IMG/VR virus record: IMGVR_UViG_3300038696_000188
Location: 1 to 61,651 of that record
DNA length: 61,651 nucleotides
Reading direction: 5' to 3' (one strand)
From: a virus
Taxonomy: Duplodnaviria > Caudoviricetes
In this document: positions 36,973 to 46,974 of the stretch, piece after piece
How the letters are laid out: every line of letters begins with the position of its first letter
How positions within the stretch are numbered: the first letter of the stretch is position 1
Translations under genes and position numbers: made by a program
Notes under the pieces: generated by a model
The model's database searches: none
Seen by the model: only the letters and a program-made list of their open reading frames with translations
Told to the model about the DNA's origin: nothing

Positions 36973-39900
36973 ATGGCAATTATAGGTGACGCATACGTAG
37001 TTGTTCGCGCCATAACTACAAACGTCTTGCCCGACATTCAAAAAGGATTGAGCGGTGTTGGGGGCCTTGGAGAGAAGGCTGGTCAAGAGCTAGGGCAGGG
37101 CATAAACTCTGGACTGCGAAGTGGTGGTGCGGAGTCGGGATTTAAAAACCTAAGCGACAGACTAGAGGCTTCTAGGGTTAAATTTAGAGGCCTAAACAAT
37201 GCTGTTAGGTTTTTGGGGCCAGCAATCACTGGTCTTATTGGAGCTATTGGTGCTCTGGTTGGTGGTCTTATTGTTCTTGTTGCTGCTGCTGGTAGTGCAT
37301 CTAGAGCATTAATTGTCCTCCCTGCTGCTTTTGGCTCGCTAATTCAAGCACTTTTAACCACTAAGTTTTTACTCGGTGGTGTGGGGGCTGCAGTTAAAGC
37401 TCTCGCAAAGAGCCAAAAAGAGGGAGCTAACGCCACAAAAGCAGAAGAAGCGGCACTAAGAAGGCTTAGAGATGCCCGTCTGGCTTTAAAGCGTCTTCTG
37501 GAGGAAGAAGCCCCCGAGCAATTAGCTGCAGCTAGAGAAAAAGCTGCTGATGCAGCGCGGTCTGCTGCAGACGCTTTGCTTAGTGCAGAGAGGGCGCAGC
37601 GGGGGTATAACGAAGCGCAGCTGGCCACTCTTCAAGCGACTAACGCAGTCACCGAGGCTAGGGAACAGGCAATAGAAAAGCTTCAACAGCTTCGTTTTGC
37701 GGTTGAGGGCGCTGCAATTAGCGAAGCTAAGGCTAGGCTCGAGTTTGAAAAATCTAGAGATTCGCTTCAGGCTGTTCAGGATTTGCCTCCCAACTCTCGA
37801 GCACGGCAGGAAGCCGAGCTTGCTTTTGCTCAGGCTGAGCTTAACCTTCGCAAAGCTATCGACAATAACTCCGACCTTAAAAAAGAAGAAAATGCTGCAA
37901 GTCGCGCAGGGGTTGAAGGCTCTAAAGATGTTCTTAGCGCAAAAGAAGACTTGGCGGCAGCGCAGCAGAGAGAAGTAGATTTAGCTATAGACGTGGCTCG
38001 TGCGTTTCAAGCAGCTGCAGAGGCACAAAAAGATGCGGCCCAGGCTGCAGCGGATGCTGCAATTGGGGGGAGTGTTGAGCGGGACCTTAACCGTCGTATT
38101 GCCGAAGCTCGCGAAGCTGTTAGGGACGCCGAGAAGGACGCAGCTGACGCCAAGAGCGGGGCAAGCTCTGCCGTAGCAGACGCGTATAAGGGCCTCAACA
38201 AAGCGGGGATTACTCTTGCGCAGACTATTGCCAGACTGCAAGTGAAATTTGTTGAGTTTCGTAAGGAAATTAGTACTCCGCTTCTTACCCTGTTAAATAG
38301 CGCTCTTTTAATTCTTGAAGCAAACTTTAGGGAGTTTGGCCCAGTTCTTGAGGAAACTGGTCGAATCGTTGGGCAGCTTGCTTTGGATTTTGCAGAAACT
38401 TTTTTGCAGGGGGAGGGGCTTAAGAGCTTAAAAAGAGTTTTCAGCACAAACAATGTTCTTTTGGAAAAGCTCGGTGGGGCGGCTCTCAATCTTGCTCAAG
38501 CTTTTATTATTATTTTAGAAGCCGCCGAGCCTCTTATTACCGCTTTTGGCGACTGGGCAGAGTCGAAGAGCGCCTCGTTCCTTGCGGACCTGAGCTCTGA
38601 TAGCAATGGTCTTTCGGAGACTTTTGCAAATGCTCAAAGAAACTTTGTACTTTTTGCTAGCATTTTTGATAATTTCTTTGGTGGTCTTGGTGCCATTGGT
38701 AGGGCTGTTAATGAGCCTGGTGGTGCCGCTCAAACTTTGCTTGAGGACTTAGAAACAAAAGCTATTAACTTTAACGAAACCTTAAACGGGATGGCAGACG
38801 ATGGTTCTCTGAACACTATGTTCCAGGGGCTATCTGACAACTTTATTGCACTTTTTGAGCTGGCTACAGAGTTGGGGCGTGTCTTTTTAGAAATCGGTCA
38901 GCAGCCAGGCATCGGTCAGTTTATTGACAGCATCAAGGGTGCTGTAACTAATTTTGGTGATGTGGGTGTGTCCCTTTCGGGTGAGGACGGTCCCGTAGCA
39001 AAACTGGGAGAATTTATCGAAAAGTTTTCTGAATTAGTTCTTGCCTTGACAGATGCAGAGTCTCTTAACGCATTTTTTGGTACTCTTAATATGGTTTTAG
39101 ATGGTGTTTTAGATATTGTAACATCTGATGCTTTTCAGGAGTTTTTCTTAAAGTGGGGGCCCGTAATTGCTCAAGTTGCTGCTTTTGGGCTCGCCTTTCG
39201 AAGTGTAAAGTTTATTGCTGAAGCATTTCTAGGAACAATACTTCTTTTATTCGCTCCATTCCTTGGGCTTGCGGGGCTCCTCACTAAGGGGGTCGGCGGG
39301 GCCCTGGGCGGGTTTCTTGGGACCCTAAAGCCAATATTTGGGTTAGCCCTCAGGCTTTTTGGTATTTTTGGTTTGATTGTCGGAGCTATTATGCTGGCTT
39401 GGGAGAACAGTCAATACTTTAGGGACTCGGTTTACGCTTTGTGGGATGGCATAAAGAGTGCCTTCTCCGAAGTTTCTAGCGCCATTAGTGGAATTTTTGA
39501 GGATGTTGCGCCGTCCTTCTCCCGAATTGGTGAAGTTCTGGGAGAAATTTTTGGGACACTCGTCTACATAGTTACACCAATTATTACCACAATTATTAAA
39601 ATTGTTGGTGGTGGAATTGCTGTTGTTATTGCCCTGTTTGCTGGAATACTTGACGCTTTTTCGTTTATATGGTACGGAATTAAAGGAATTATACAAACAA
39701 TTGTGGCCCTTTTCACTGGCGAATGGGACGGTGCAATAGAGTCATTTAAGAAGGCCTGGGAAGGTTTAAAAGGGTTCTTTAAAAATGTTATTACAGTAAT
39801 TTTTAGGCCAATATTTCTAATTATTAATAAAATTATTGACGCGTGGAACAACATGGCAAAAAATCTTGTAATTAGGGTACCCGACTGGGTGCCTTTCATC

Positions 39901-40212
39901 GGCGGGGGAACCTTTCAACTTCCACAAATTCGTAAAATTGCAATTGCAGAGTTGGCAAAGGGTGGTGTCGTACCCGCAACATACGGCGGAATGTTGGCCC
40001 GCATCGGAGAGGCTGGTCGCCCCGAGCGTGTCGAACCTTTGGACCCAGACGGTCTTTCTAAGCGTGACAAAGCTATGATTGATAGGCTTAGTGGTGGCGG
40101 AAGTGGCGGGGCAACAATTAATGTCTACCCGTCCCCTGGGATGGACGAAAGAGAGTTGGCTGAGATGGTCTCTCGTAAGCTTGCCTACCAGATGAGAAAG
40201 GGCTCAATCTAA
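36973..40212 (+). CDS. Tape measure protein
   Basis: 1079 aa, Ala-rich helical; N-terminal IGDAYV; C-terminal LAKGGVV...IGEAGRPERV. Confidence 0.9.
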   Translation: MAIIGDAYVVVRAITTNVLPDIQKGLSGVGGLGEKAGQELGQGINSGLRSGGAESGFKNLSDRLEASRVKFRGLNNAVRFLGPAITGLIGAIGALVGGLIVLVAAAGSASRALIVLPAAFGSLIQALLTTKFLLGGVGAAVKALAKSQKEGANATKAEEAALRRLRDARLALKRLLEEEAPEQLAAAREKAADAARSAADALLSAERAQRGYNEAQLATLQATNAVTEAREQAIEKLQQLRFAVEGAAISEAKARLEFEKSRDSLQAVQDLPPNSRARQEAELAFAQAELNLRKAIDNNSDLKKEENAASRAGVEGSKDVLSAKEDLAAAQQREVDLAIDVARAFQAAAEAQKDAAQAAADAAIGGSVERDLNRRIAEAREAVRDAEKDAADAKSGASSAVADAYKGLNKAGITLAQTIARLQVKFVEFRKEISTPLLTLLNSALLILEANFREFGPVLEETGRIVGQLALDFAETFLQGEGLKSLKRVFSTNNVLLEKLGGAALNLAQAFIIILEAAEPLITAFGDWAESKSASFLADLSSDSNGLSETFANAQRNFVLFASIFDNFFGGLGAIGRAVNEPGGAAQTLLEDLETKAINFNETLNGMADDGSLNTMFQGLSDNFIALFELATELGRVFLEIGQQPGIGQFIDSIKGAVTNFGDVGVSLSGEDGPVAKLGEFIEKFSELVLALTDAESLNAFFGTLNMVLDGVLDIVTSDAFQEFFLKWGPVIAQVAAFGLAFRSVKFIAEAFLGTILLLFAPFLGLAGLLTKGVGGALGGFLGTLKPIFGLALRLFGIFGLIVGAIMLAWENSQYFRDSVYALWDGIKSAFSEVSSAISGIFEDVAPSFSRIGEVLGEIFGTLVYIVTPIITTIIKIVGGGIAVVIALFAGILDAFSFIWYGIKGIIQTIVALFTGEWDGAIESFKKAWEGLKGFFKNVITVIFRPIFLIINKIIDAWNNMAKNLVIRVPDWVPFIGGGTFQLPQIRKIAIAELAKGGVVPATYGGMLARIGEAGRPERVEPLDPDGLSKRDKAMIDRLSGGGSGGATINVYPSPGMDERELAEMVSRKLAYQMRKGSI

Positions 40213-42764
40213 TGGTGTTTACTCCCGCAGAAGAGGCGTACTCTGTTAACAGAGGTCTACAAAATCTTGAGTCGAGCGAGATAGAAAAACTTCAACTTCG
40301 TGGCGACATTGTCTTGGGTGACTTTATTTTTAACACTATTGACGATAGTGGTGTTGTTTGGGTGATTACGGACTTGCCTAACTGGTGGACCGCTCCGCCT
40401 TCGGATTTTCCCGTAATTGAGCGTGGATTTGGCGATGGAGCTTACGAAATTATTGGGCGATACACGTCTCGTCCTTTCACGATTGAGGGTGTCTTCCTGA
40501 CTCCTTCGCCTTCTTTGGTAGAGGCTGCTCGGGACCGACTTGTTCAGGCGTGTGACCTTGTTAGGAAAGGCGTGTGGTTCAAAACTGGGACCAGCCCAAT
40601 CAGAGCGTCTTATGTTTACTTAAGCGGTGACGTAGAAATTCAAACCGTCAACACTCGAGGGCGAACAGAGTTTTCAATTTCCTTACGCGCCCCTGACCCT
40701 ATTAAGTACGCTTGGAACGAAACTTCTCCCGACGGCTACGATTATGCAGAATTTCCTGTTAAAAATAGTGCTCTCGGCTACGACGGTCAAGGGTTAGTAG
40801 AAAATATTGGGACCTACAGTGTTCCCTGCATTTTAGAGATTAATGGTCCTTTTACTGCTCCTGGCACCATTTTCAACAGGACCACTAATCAGCTTATTAT
40901 TATCACTCAGGGGTTGAAGGGGCGACTGTCTAGGGCCATTGTCAACAAAGAGCTAACCTTTAACTTGGGGACGCTTACCGACGTTGCAAAACTTACCACC
41001 ACTGAGCCCCATGATTTTTCTGTAGGAAACAGCGTCTATATTTCGGGGATGGGCGACCCTTTTGATGGGGACCAGGTCATTACCACTGTCCCTACGAGCA
41101 CTACTTTTACTTTTACTACGTCGGCTGCAGACGTCGAGTCTGTGTCGTTTAAGAAGTTTGACAGCGGGGTCGCCACAATTCAAACTACTCAAGAGCATGG
41201 CTTTATTGTGGGTGACCCTATTGTTGTGGATGGGGTGGATGCTCTTTTTGACACCGCCAATGCGGTTATTCTTTCGGTGCCTGCCCTAAATACGTTTACG
41301 TACGCTGCGAACCGTTCGTCCCCCCAGGCTCTATCTTCGGCTCAGCTGACGTCCAACATTGCTACCTTGTCTACTACGCAAGAGCATGGCTTCATTGTTG
41401 GGGAGGATGTAATCATTTCGGGGGCGGGAGTTAATTATGACGGAACCTTTGAAATTATTAACATTGCCTCCGCCAGCTCTTTCAGTTACGCTTTTACTAG
41501 GACCAACTCTCGTGCTATCACCAACAAAGTTATGGCTAACGATGTAGTAACTTTAACCACTTCGACAACTCACGGGTTTGTTGAGGACGAAGTTGTCAAC
41601 GTGACAAATGTTGACTTGTCTCTCAATGGCGGATACATAATTGATTCTGTAACAAATGACACGTTTAGTTACCGCAGGCCCAGGAGCACAGAGATTGCTG
41701 TCACAGTTAAAGCAGTAAACAGCAACGTTGCCACAATAACTACAAGCTCAGCTCATGGTTTTGTTGTTGGCGAGCAAGTACAAATTAGTAATGTGGATAG
41801 CACATTTGACGGAATTTACACTATCACTACTGTGCCCAGCAACACCACTTTTACCTACAGTAAAATCTTTTCTGACCTGGTGTCAACTACTGTGACTGGC
41901 GGAAAAGTTAGAGCACACAGCAGAAAAATTAGAAACCGAGAAATAATCGGTAACGTTGCTACAATAATTTCGGATGCGGTGCATGGCGCTATTTTTGGAG
42001 AAGAAATTACTATTACAGGGATGGGAGCTCCCTTTGATGGCACACACACGGTTTCAAATATTCCTTTTTTAAATGTTGTTAATTTTGAAATTACTAGTCC
42101 GAATATTGATTTAGCGCAACCGTATTCGGTGTCCAGGGCGGCAAGAAGTGCGGAGGTTGTGACTCTGACTACAACGGTGGCGCACGGGTACACTGTTGGG
42201 CAAAAAATCAGAGTTAGCGGGATTGACAGCTCGTTTAACGGAACCTACGCAATTACAGCTGTCCCCTCCTCTACAAAACTGAGGTACGCCACCCCTGGGG
42301 GCGGCGTTGTAGCCGAAACTGACGCCCCAAATGGTGCCGAAGTTATCAAAGACTTTGGGTTTTTTGAAATGTCTGGGATTATTGACCCCATTGCTGTAGT
42401 TGACGCTCTTGCGACCGTAGGCGGGAGCCTTCCGTTTTCTGCAGTTACGGGTACAGCAAGTGTTGAGTCGGTTATATCTCGCCGAGCTGCTGCAGGGAAT
42501 GCTATTAAAAAGAATGATGTCCAGTTTACCCCTGGGCTATCTGGGGCAACAGGAATTGTAAACGCTGATATTCTTGAGATTGACACAAAAGACCATGTTG
42601 TTGCGTACAACGGGTTTGTAGAGAACGCTCGAGGAAAAATTGATGTTTTAGCTGATTTCATTGACATAGCGCCAGGGTTTAATCAGATAGAATTTGAGGA
42701 CACGGGTGACCCCGATGGCGAAGCTACACTACGTGTTTACTACCGCTCGGGATGGCTCGGGTAG
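40212..42764 (+). CDS. Distal tail (Dit-like) minor tail protein with 7 inserted HG-repeat domains
   Basis: LRAPDPIKY motif, position after tape measure, repeated TTxxxHGFxVGxxVxIxG...FDG. Confidence 0.75.
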   Translation: MVFTPAEEAYSVNRGLQNLESSEIEKLQLRGDIVLGDFIFNTIDDSGVVWVITDLPNWWTAPPSDFPVIERGFGDGAYEIIGRYTSRPFTIEGVFLTPSPSLVEAARDRLVQACDLVRKGVWFKTGTSPIRASYVYLSGDVEIQTVNTRGRTEFSISLRAPDPIKYAWNETSPDGYDYAEFPVKNSALGYDGQGLVENIGTYSVPCILEINGPFTAPGTIFNRTTNQLIIITQGLKGRLSRAIVNKELTFNLGTLTDVAKLTTTEPHDFSVGNSVYISGMGDPFDGDQVITTVPTSTTFTFTTSAADVESVSFKKFDSGVATIQTTQEHGFIVGDPIVVDGVDALFDTANAVILSVPALNTFTYAANRSSPQALSSAQLTSNIATLSTTQEHGFIVGEDVIISGAGVNYDGTFEIINIASASSFSYAFTRTNSRAITNKVMANDVVTLTTSTTHGFVEDEVVNVTNVDLSLNGGYIIDSVTNDTFSYRRPRSTEIAVTVKAVNSNVATITTSSAHGFVVGEQVQISNVDSTFDGIYTITTVPSNTTFTYSKIFSDLVSTTVTGGKVRAHSRKIRNREIIGNVATIISDAVHGAIFGEEITITGMGAPFDGTHTVSNIPFLNVVNFEITSPNIDLAQPYSVSRAARSAEVVTLTTTVAHGYTVGQKIRVSGIDSSFNGTYAITAVPSSTKLRYATPGGGVVAETDAPNGAEVIKDFGFFEMSGIIDPIAVVDALATVGGSLPFSAVTGTASVESVISRRAAAGNAIKKNDVQFTPGLSGATGIVNADILEIDTKDHVVAYNGFVENARGKIDVLADFIDIAPGFNQIEFEDTGDPDGEATLRVYYRSGWLG

Positions 42765-42793
42765 CAAGACTTAAGACAACGACAGGACAGACG

Positions 42794-44791
42794 ATGGCAA
42801 TCGCTCAGCAAAATGAGTATCGGTATTTCCTTACCGACCTATTAAGTAACCAGATTATTTCTGAGGTTCCCTTTAAGAGTGTAAGTTTTGAAAGAACTAA
42901 CCGCAGGGCTGGGTCTTTTTCTGGAACTATTCCATATATTGCGTCTACCGATGGCCTTAATCTTTATGAGGCCACAATGCCTGGGCGAACTGGAATTTAT
43001 GTTATGCGCAACGGGGTTTGTGTTTGGGGTGGGATTGTCTGGTCTAGGTCTTATTCGCTAGAGAGCCGAGAGTTGGGGGTAGAGGGCGGGGAATTTCTTA
43101 GCTATTTTTATCACCGAAACATTTGGCAGACGCTTCAGTACGGTTCAGAGTTTATTGGGGTGTCCGAGTACTCAAATAACGGCGGAACAGCAACTGTGGC
43201 AACAGAGGTCCCGCATGGGTTTCGTGTTGGCAGTGTGATTCGTGTCACTTTTACTAGCCCCCTGGTTGACGGAACGCACACAATAACAGCTGTGCCCTCA
43301 GCCACTCAGTTTCAGTTTGAGACTACTTTTGCGGACGGCAGCGGGGCTAGCACAAGCGGCGCATGCCGCTTATTAATTGACAGTTATGATTTAGCAAGAG
43401 ACTTGGTTTACAGGGTTTCTAGTGACTTGGGCGGCCTTGCTTTTGCAAACGAGTTTATTAAACCAGCCAAAGAATTTCAAGCGTCAATTACGACAAAACT
43501 TCGCTCTGCAAATATTGTCACACTGAGAACACAAGAATCGCACAATATAATTCCTGGTCAGGAGATTGAAGTTTTTGAGATTGATGCGGACATTGACGGT
43601 TTTCATATTGTCACTGAGGTCCCCGACAATCAGACCATAAAGTTCCAACAGTTTGGTTCGGATATTGAAAGGAGCTCTCTTCCTGGAACTAGAGTCCTCA
43701 ATGTCGTAACCAAGGAGCTTCTTAATAATCTTGCTACGATAACTGTTGACCAGCCCCACAATGCTTCTATTGGTCAAACAATTTTTTTAAGCGGAGTTGA
43801 CTCGTTTTTTACAGGGGTTCTAGACCAAACATTTAATGGAAGATTTGTTATCACGGGTATCCCAAGTGCCACTAGCTTCTCTTTTAGCTCAGGGGGTATT
43901 CTAAATGTCCCTGAGACATCCGTTGCTGGGGGCCTTGCTCGGTTTGGCTCTAGAGTTGTGTACGGAGACTATGGAAGCTTTACTTCTAACTCCGAAATCG
44001 GGATAGACTTTGAGAATTTTGAAAAAAGTGGCTATTACCAGGACACTCAGGTTTACCGTGGCTTTGAGCAACGAACTATTGGGGAGATTTTAGAGGAGTA
44101 CTCGAACACTGTAGAGGGTGGTTTTGAGTACCGTATTGACTGCGACTACGACTATGACACTGCGTCTTTTACTAGAACTTTTCGCATGTTTCCCGTAGAT
44201 TTAGCTGAGCCCCCACCACCAGGAGACGTCTACCCTGTGACCGCTTTTGGTGCGGAAAAGGTGGTATTTGAGTACCCAGGGAATATAGAAAGTTTTTCAA
44301 TCGAGGAGACTGCTGAAGATGCGGCTACTAGATTTTTTGTGGTTGGGAACATTGAAGACCTTAACAATGAGGCAAGTCAGCCTTATGCAGGTGCGTCCTC
44401 TAGCTACTTACTGGACAATAAAAATGGGCGAAGCTGGCCTCTACTGGACCAAAGCGAGCAGCTTGACAAAATTGAAAATGAGTTGACTTTGCATGAGTAC
44501 GCTCGTGACTATCTTTATGAGTCTTTACCCCCAATTAGTACTTATAGTCTTACTGTCAACGGTTCACTTGACCCCGTAGTCGGCTCTTTTTTTCCTGGGG
44601 ACTGGTGTTCTATTATTATCAACGATTCTTTTGTGCAGCAAAGGCTTGCCTCTGACCAGGAGCCTCGCGATGATGTGATTATTAGAAAAATTAGCTCATA
44701 TAAAGTAAAAGTGCCTGACTCTCCGTCTTTTCCAGAGATGGTTGATTTAGAAATAATAACAGATTGGAAGGTCGACCAGATTGGCAACTAG
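42794..44791 (+). CDS. Minor tail (hub/Tal-like) protein with 3 HG-repeat domains
   Basis: RNGVCVWGGIVW and FEYPGNI motifs; position. Confidence 0.75.
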   Translation: MAIAQQNEYRYFLTDLLSNQIISEVPFKSVSFERTNRRAGSFSGTIPYIASTDGLNLYEATMPGRTGIYVMRNGVCVWGGIVWSRSYSLESRELGVEGGEFLSYFYHRNIWQTLQYGSEFIGVSEYSNNGGTATVATEVPHGFRVGSVIRVTFTSPLVDGTHTITAVPSATQFQFETTFADGSGASTSGACRLLIDSYDLARDLVYRVSSDLGGLAFANEFIKPAKEFQASITTKLRSANIVTLRTQESHNIIPGQEIEVFEIDADIDGFHIVTEVPDNQTIKFQQFGSDIERSSLPGTRVLNVVTKELLNNLATITVDQPHNASIGQTIFLSGVDSFFTGVLDQTFNGRFVITGIPSATSFSFSSGGILNVPETSVAGGLARFGSRVVYGDYGSFTSNSEIGIDFENFEKSGYYQDTQVYRGFEQRTIGEILEEYSNTVEGGFEYRIDCDYDYDTASFTRTFRMFPVDLAEPPPPGDVYPVTAFGAEKVVFEYPGNIESFSIEETAEDAATRFFVVGNIEDLNNEASQPYAGASSSYLLDNKNGRSWPLLDQSEQLDKIENELTLHEYARDYLYESLPPISTYSLTVNGSLDPVVGSFFPGDWCSIIINDSFVQQRLASDQEPRDDVIIRKISSYKVKVPDSPSFPEMVDLEIITDWKVDQIGN

Positions 44792-46091
44792 AAGAAGAGC
44801 AAGTCGACAAAGTATCACTGGAACTTTAAGTGATTTGCAGAGGCGTGTACGATATTTGCAAAATAAGTCGACCCCAACCCGCTTAGGTAACTATTCTGTA
44901 GTTCGCAGTGCAATTGAGCCACGTGCGGTCGGCAACGACCAGATTGCTGCTAACGCCATCACAAACGACCAAGTTCAGGCGGATGCAATTAGGCAGGCGC
45001 AGTTGGATAGCGACTCGGTGGGACGTAATGAAATAATTAATGGAGAGGTTGTTGAGTCGAAGCTGGCCACGGATGCTGTCACTCGGGATAAAGTTTTAAA
45101 TGGAGAGATTGTAGACGGCAAGCTGGGCGACGCTTCCGTTAATCTTATTAACATGAAGCCTAACTCTGTGGCCAACACACAGCTGACTACAGATTCGGTT
45201 AACTTTAGAACGGTGGCCACTAACGCCATTGGCAATGAAAACATGCTTGGCGATTCTGTTGGTAATGATGAGCTGCAAAATGATTCGGTTGGCGGTGGCG
45301 AGCTTAGAAATGATTCGGTCGGGTTTGGCGAACTGCAGAGTAGTTCGGTGGGAAATTCGACTCTGCAGACGGGGTCTGTTACCCGCTCAAAGATTGGTTC
45401 TGGGCAGGTTGGCAGTGCCCAAATTGCAAACGGGGCTGTTACCAGCTCAAGGATTGGTTCTGGGCAGGTTGGCACTACCCAAATTGCAAACTTGGCTGTT
45501 ACGTCGAATAAGATTGGCAATAACGAGGTTACTAGTACTAAAATTAGCGCTGCTACGAGAAGAATTATTGTTTCTGGCGGGTTGGCCACTGGGAGCGGCA
45601 TTACAAAATATGGAAACCTCATCGCTGTTAACTTTGGTGGCGGGAGCACACAGGTGGCACGAGGCAACCACACGCACAGGTACAGCTACGGCTTTTACAC
45701 TAGAGACCTTGCGGGCAGGAGGCTGACAGGTTTTGTTACTTCTTCTAGGAGCACAAATGCACCGTCGACAAGGCGTGTGAAGAAAAATATTGAGACGCAC
45801 ACACCTAGTAATATTAAAAACTTATTAGACTTAGAACCAAAAAAGTACAAGTACAAAAGGTCAGAAAGAGCCTCTCACGAATCTTTAAATAAAGAGTGGA
45901 TGCATGGCTACATTGCAGAAGAACTTATCGATTTGGGGTTCCCTGAGCCAGTAGGCTACGACGCAGAGGGGCGACCAGCAAGTTTAGACTACGGTCTTAT
46001 GTCCATGCTGGTACTTGAGCTAGTAAAAGTACAGCAGGATGAGATAAACTTGCTCAGAGAAGAAGTTTTAATACTTAAGGACAAAAAATGA
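44781..46091 (+). CDS. Tail fibre/spike with 10-aa repeats and C-terminal intramolecular chaperone (peptidase S74-like)
   Basis: (A/S)V...(I/L) decad repeats; PSTRRVKKNI...L.P..YKYK...HGYIAEE...LDY. Confidence 0.8.
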   Translation: MATRRRASRQSITGTLSDLQRRVRYLQNKSTPTRLGNYSVVRSAIEPRAVGNDQIAANAITNDQVQADAIRQAQLDSDSVGRNEIINGEVVESKLATDAVTRDKVLNGEIVDGKLGDASVNLINMKPNSVANTQLTTDSVNFRTVATNAIGNENMLGDSVGNDELQNDSVGGGELRNDSVGFGELQSSSVGNSTLQTGSVTRSKIGSGQVGSAQIANGAVTSSRIGSGQVGTTQIANLAVTSNKIGNNEVTSTKISAATRRIIVSGGLATGSGITKYGNLIAVNFGGGSTQVARGNHTHRYSYGFYTRDLAGRRLTGFVTSSRSTNAPSTRRVKKNIETHTPSNIKNLLDLEPKKYKYKRSERASHESLNKEWMHGYIAEELIDLGFPEPVGYDAEGRPASLDYGLMSMLVLELVKVQQDEINLLREEVLILKDKK

Positions 46092-46468
46092 ACTATTTAT
46101 TTGAATACGATACTCCTGAAGCAGTAAACGAAAGTGTTTCTGCTTTTAGACCCCGCTGGGTGAAATCTGTTGTTGACTCTGATGGCGTGGAGCAACGGAT
46201 TATTTTGGACTTTGCTAACACCCAAGAGCGGGAGTCTTTAACGACAGAGCAGGTCTACGTTCACCTTGACAATCTTGTTCTTTATATTAAGGATGTCTCT
46301 CAACTTATCACCCCTATTCGTCTCGACGACAGTGTTCCTACTGATGGTTGGCATTTAAATGGCGGTTGGGGCGAAATAGAGTGGGCCAAAGAAGAAACTT
46401 TTCGTTGGTGGGAGTCTGTGTACTATAAAGACGAAGAGGACGAAGAGGCCGAAGAGGAAATAGCATAG
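46088..46468 (+). CDS. Hypothetical protein
   Basis: RBS AAGGA; coupled to the fibre gene. Confidence 0.7.
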   Translation: MNYLFEYDTPEAVNESVSAFRPRWVKSVVDSDGVEQRIILDFANTQERESLTTEQVYVHLDNLVLYIKDVSQLITPIRLDDSVPTDGWHLNGGWGEIEWAKEETFRWWESVYYKDEEDEEAEEEIA

Positions 46469-46938
46469 TGTATGAAGTCAAGGATGGCTCTCGAACTCTG
46501 CAGTTCAGCGGAAAGCTTTTAGGTGAATCTTCTTCATGGAGAGATGGCTCGCTGCGTTGGATTGAGTTTAAACTTTACCGCACCGAGAACGGCAAATATA
46601 TCTTATCTCGTGTAGGCGTGTCACTTGTTTTTCATTCTTCGACATGCGCTCTTGTAAAAAGGTATGGCTTAGCTGAAGCCCAGGCTCCCGAAATAAGAAA
46701 AGACGCTTCCCCTTGCGAGGAGTGCCTCCCAGAGCGGGACCTGCCTATTCTATTCCCAGAAAAAGATAGAACGTGGGCTCAGGTAAGCGATGACGCAGAG
46801 CCAGTGTTGGACGCTCTGTACAAGTATGACCAGAACGGCGCTAGATACCTAACGCACGTGGCTAAAAGACTCCTTGAGGATGCAGCCGAACTTGACGACC
46901 AAATTGACAACGTGTACCGAGTGGAGATAATCTCTTAG
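46468..46938 (+). CDS. Hypothetical protein
   Basis: TAGTG coupling; RWIEFKLYRT motif; CEEC. Confidence 0.7.
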   Translation: MYEVKDGSRTLQFSGKLLGESSSWRDGSLRWIEFKLYRTENGKYILSRVGVSLVFHSSTCALVKRYGLAEAQAPEIRKDASPCEECLPERDLPILFPEKDRTWAQVSDDAEPVLDALYKYDQNGARYLTHVAKRLLEDAAELDDQIDNVYRVEIIS

Positions 46939-46974
46939 TAGGCTACAATAAAGACCCGAAAGACAGAGGCACTA

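Noticed and set aside
13332-45673. Long antisense ORFs (e.g. 13332-14402, 14668-15354, 29918-30622, 44975-45673)
   Set aside because: They shadow well-supported + strand genes, result from codon bias or low complexity, and lack RBS and recognisable motifs.
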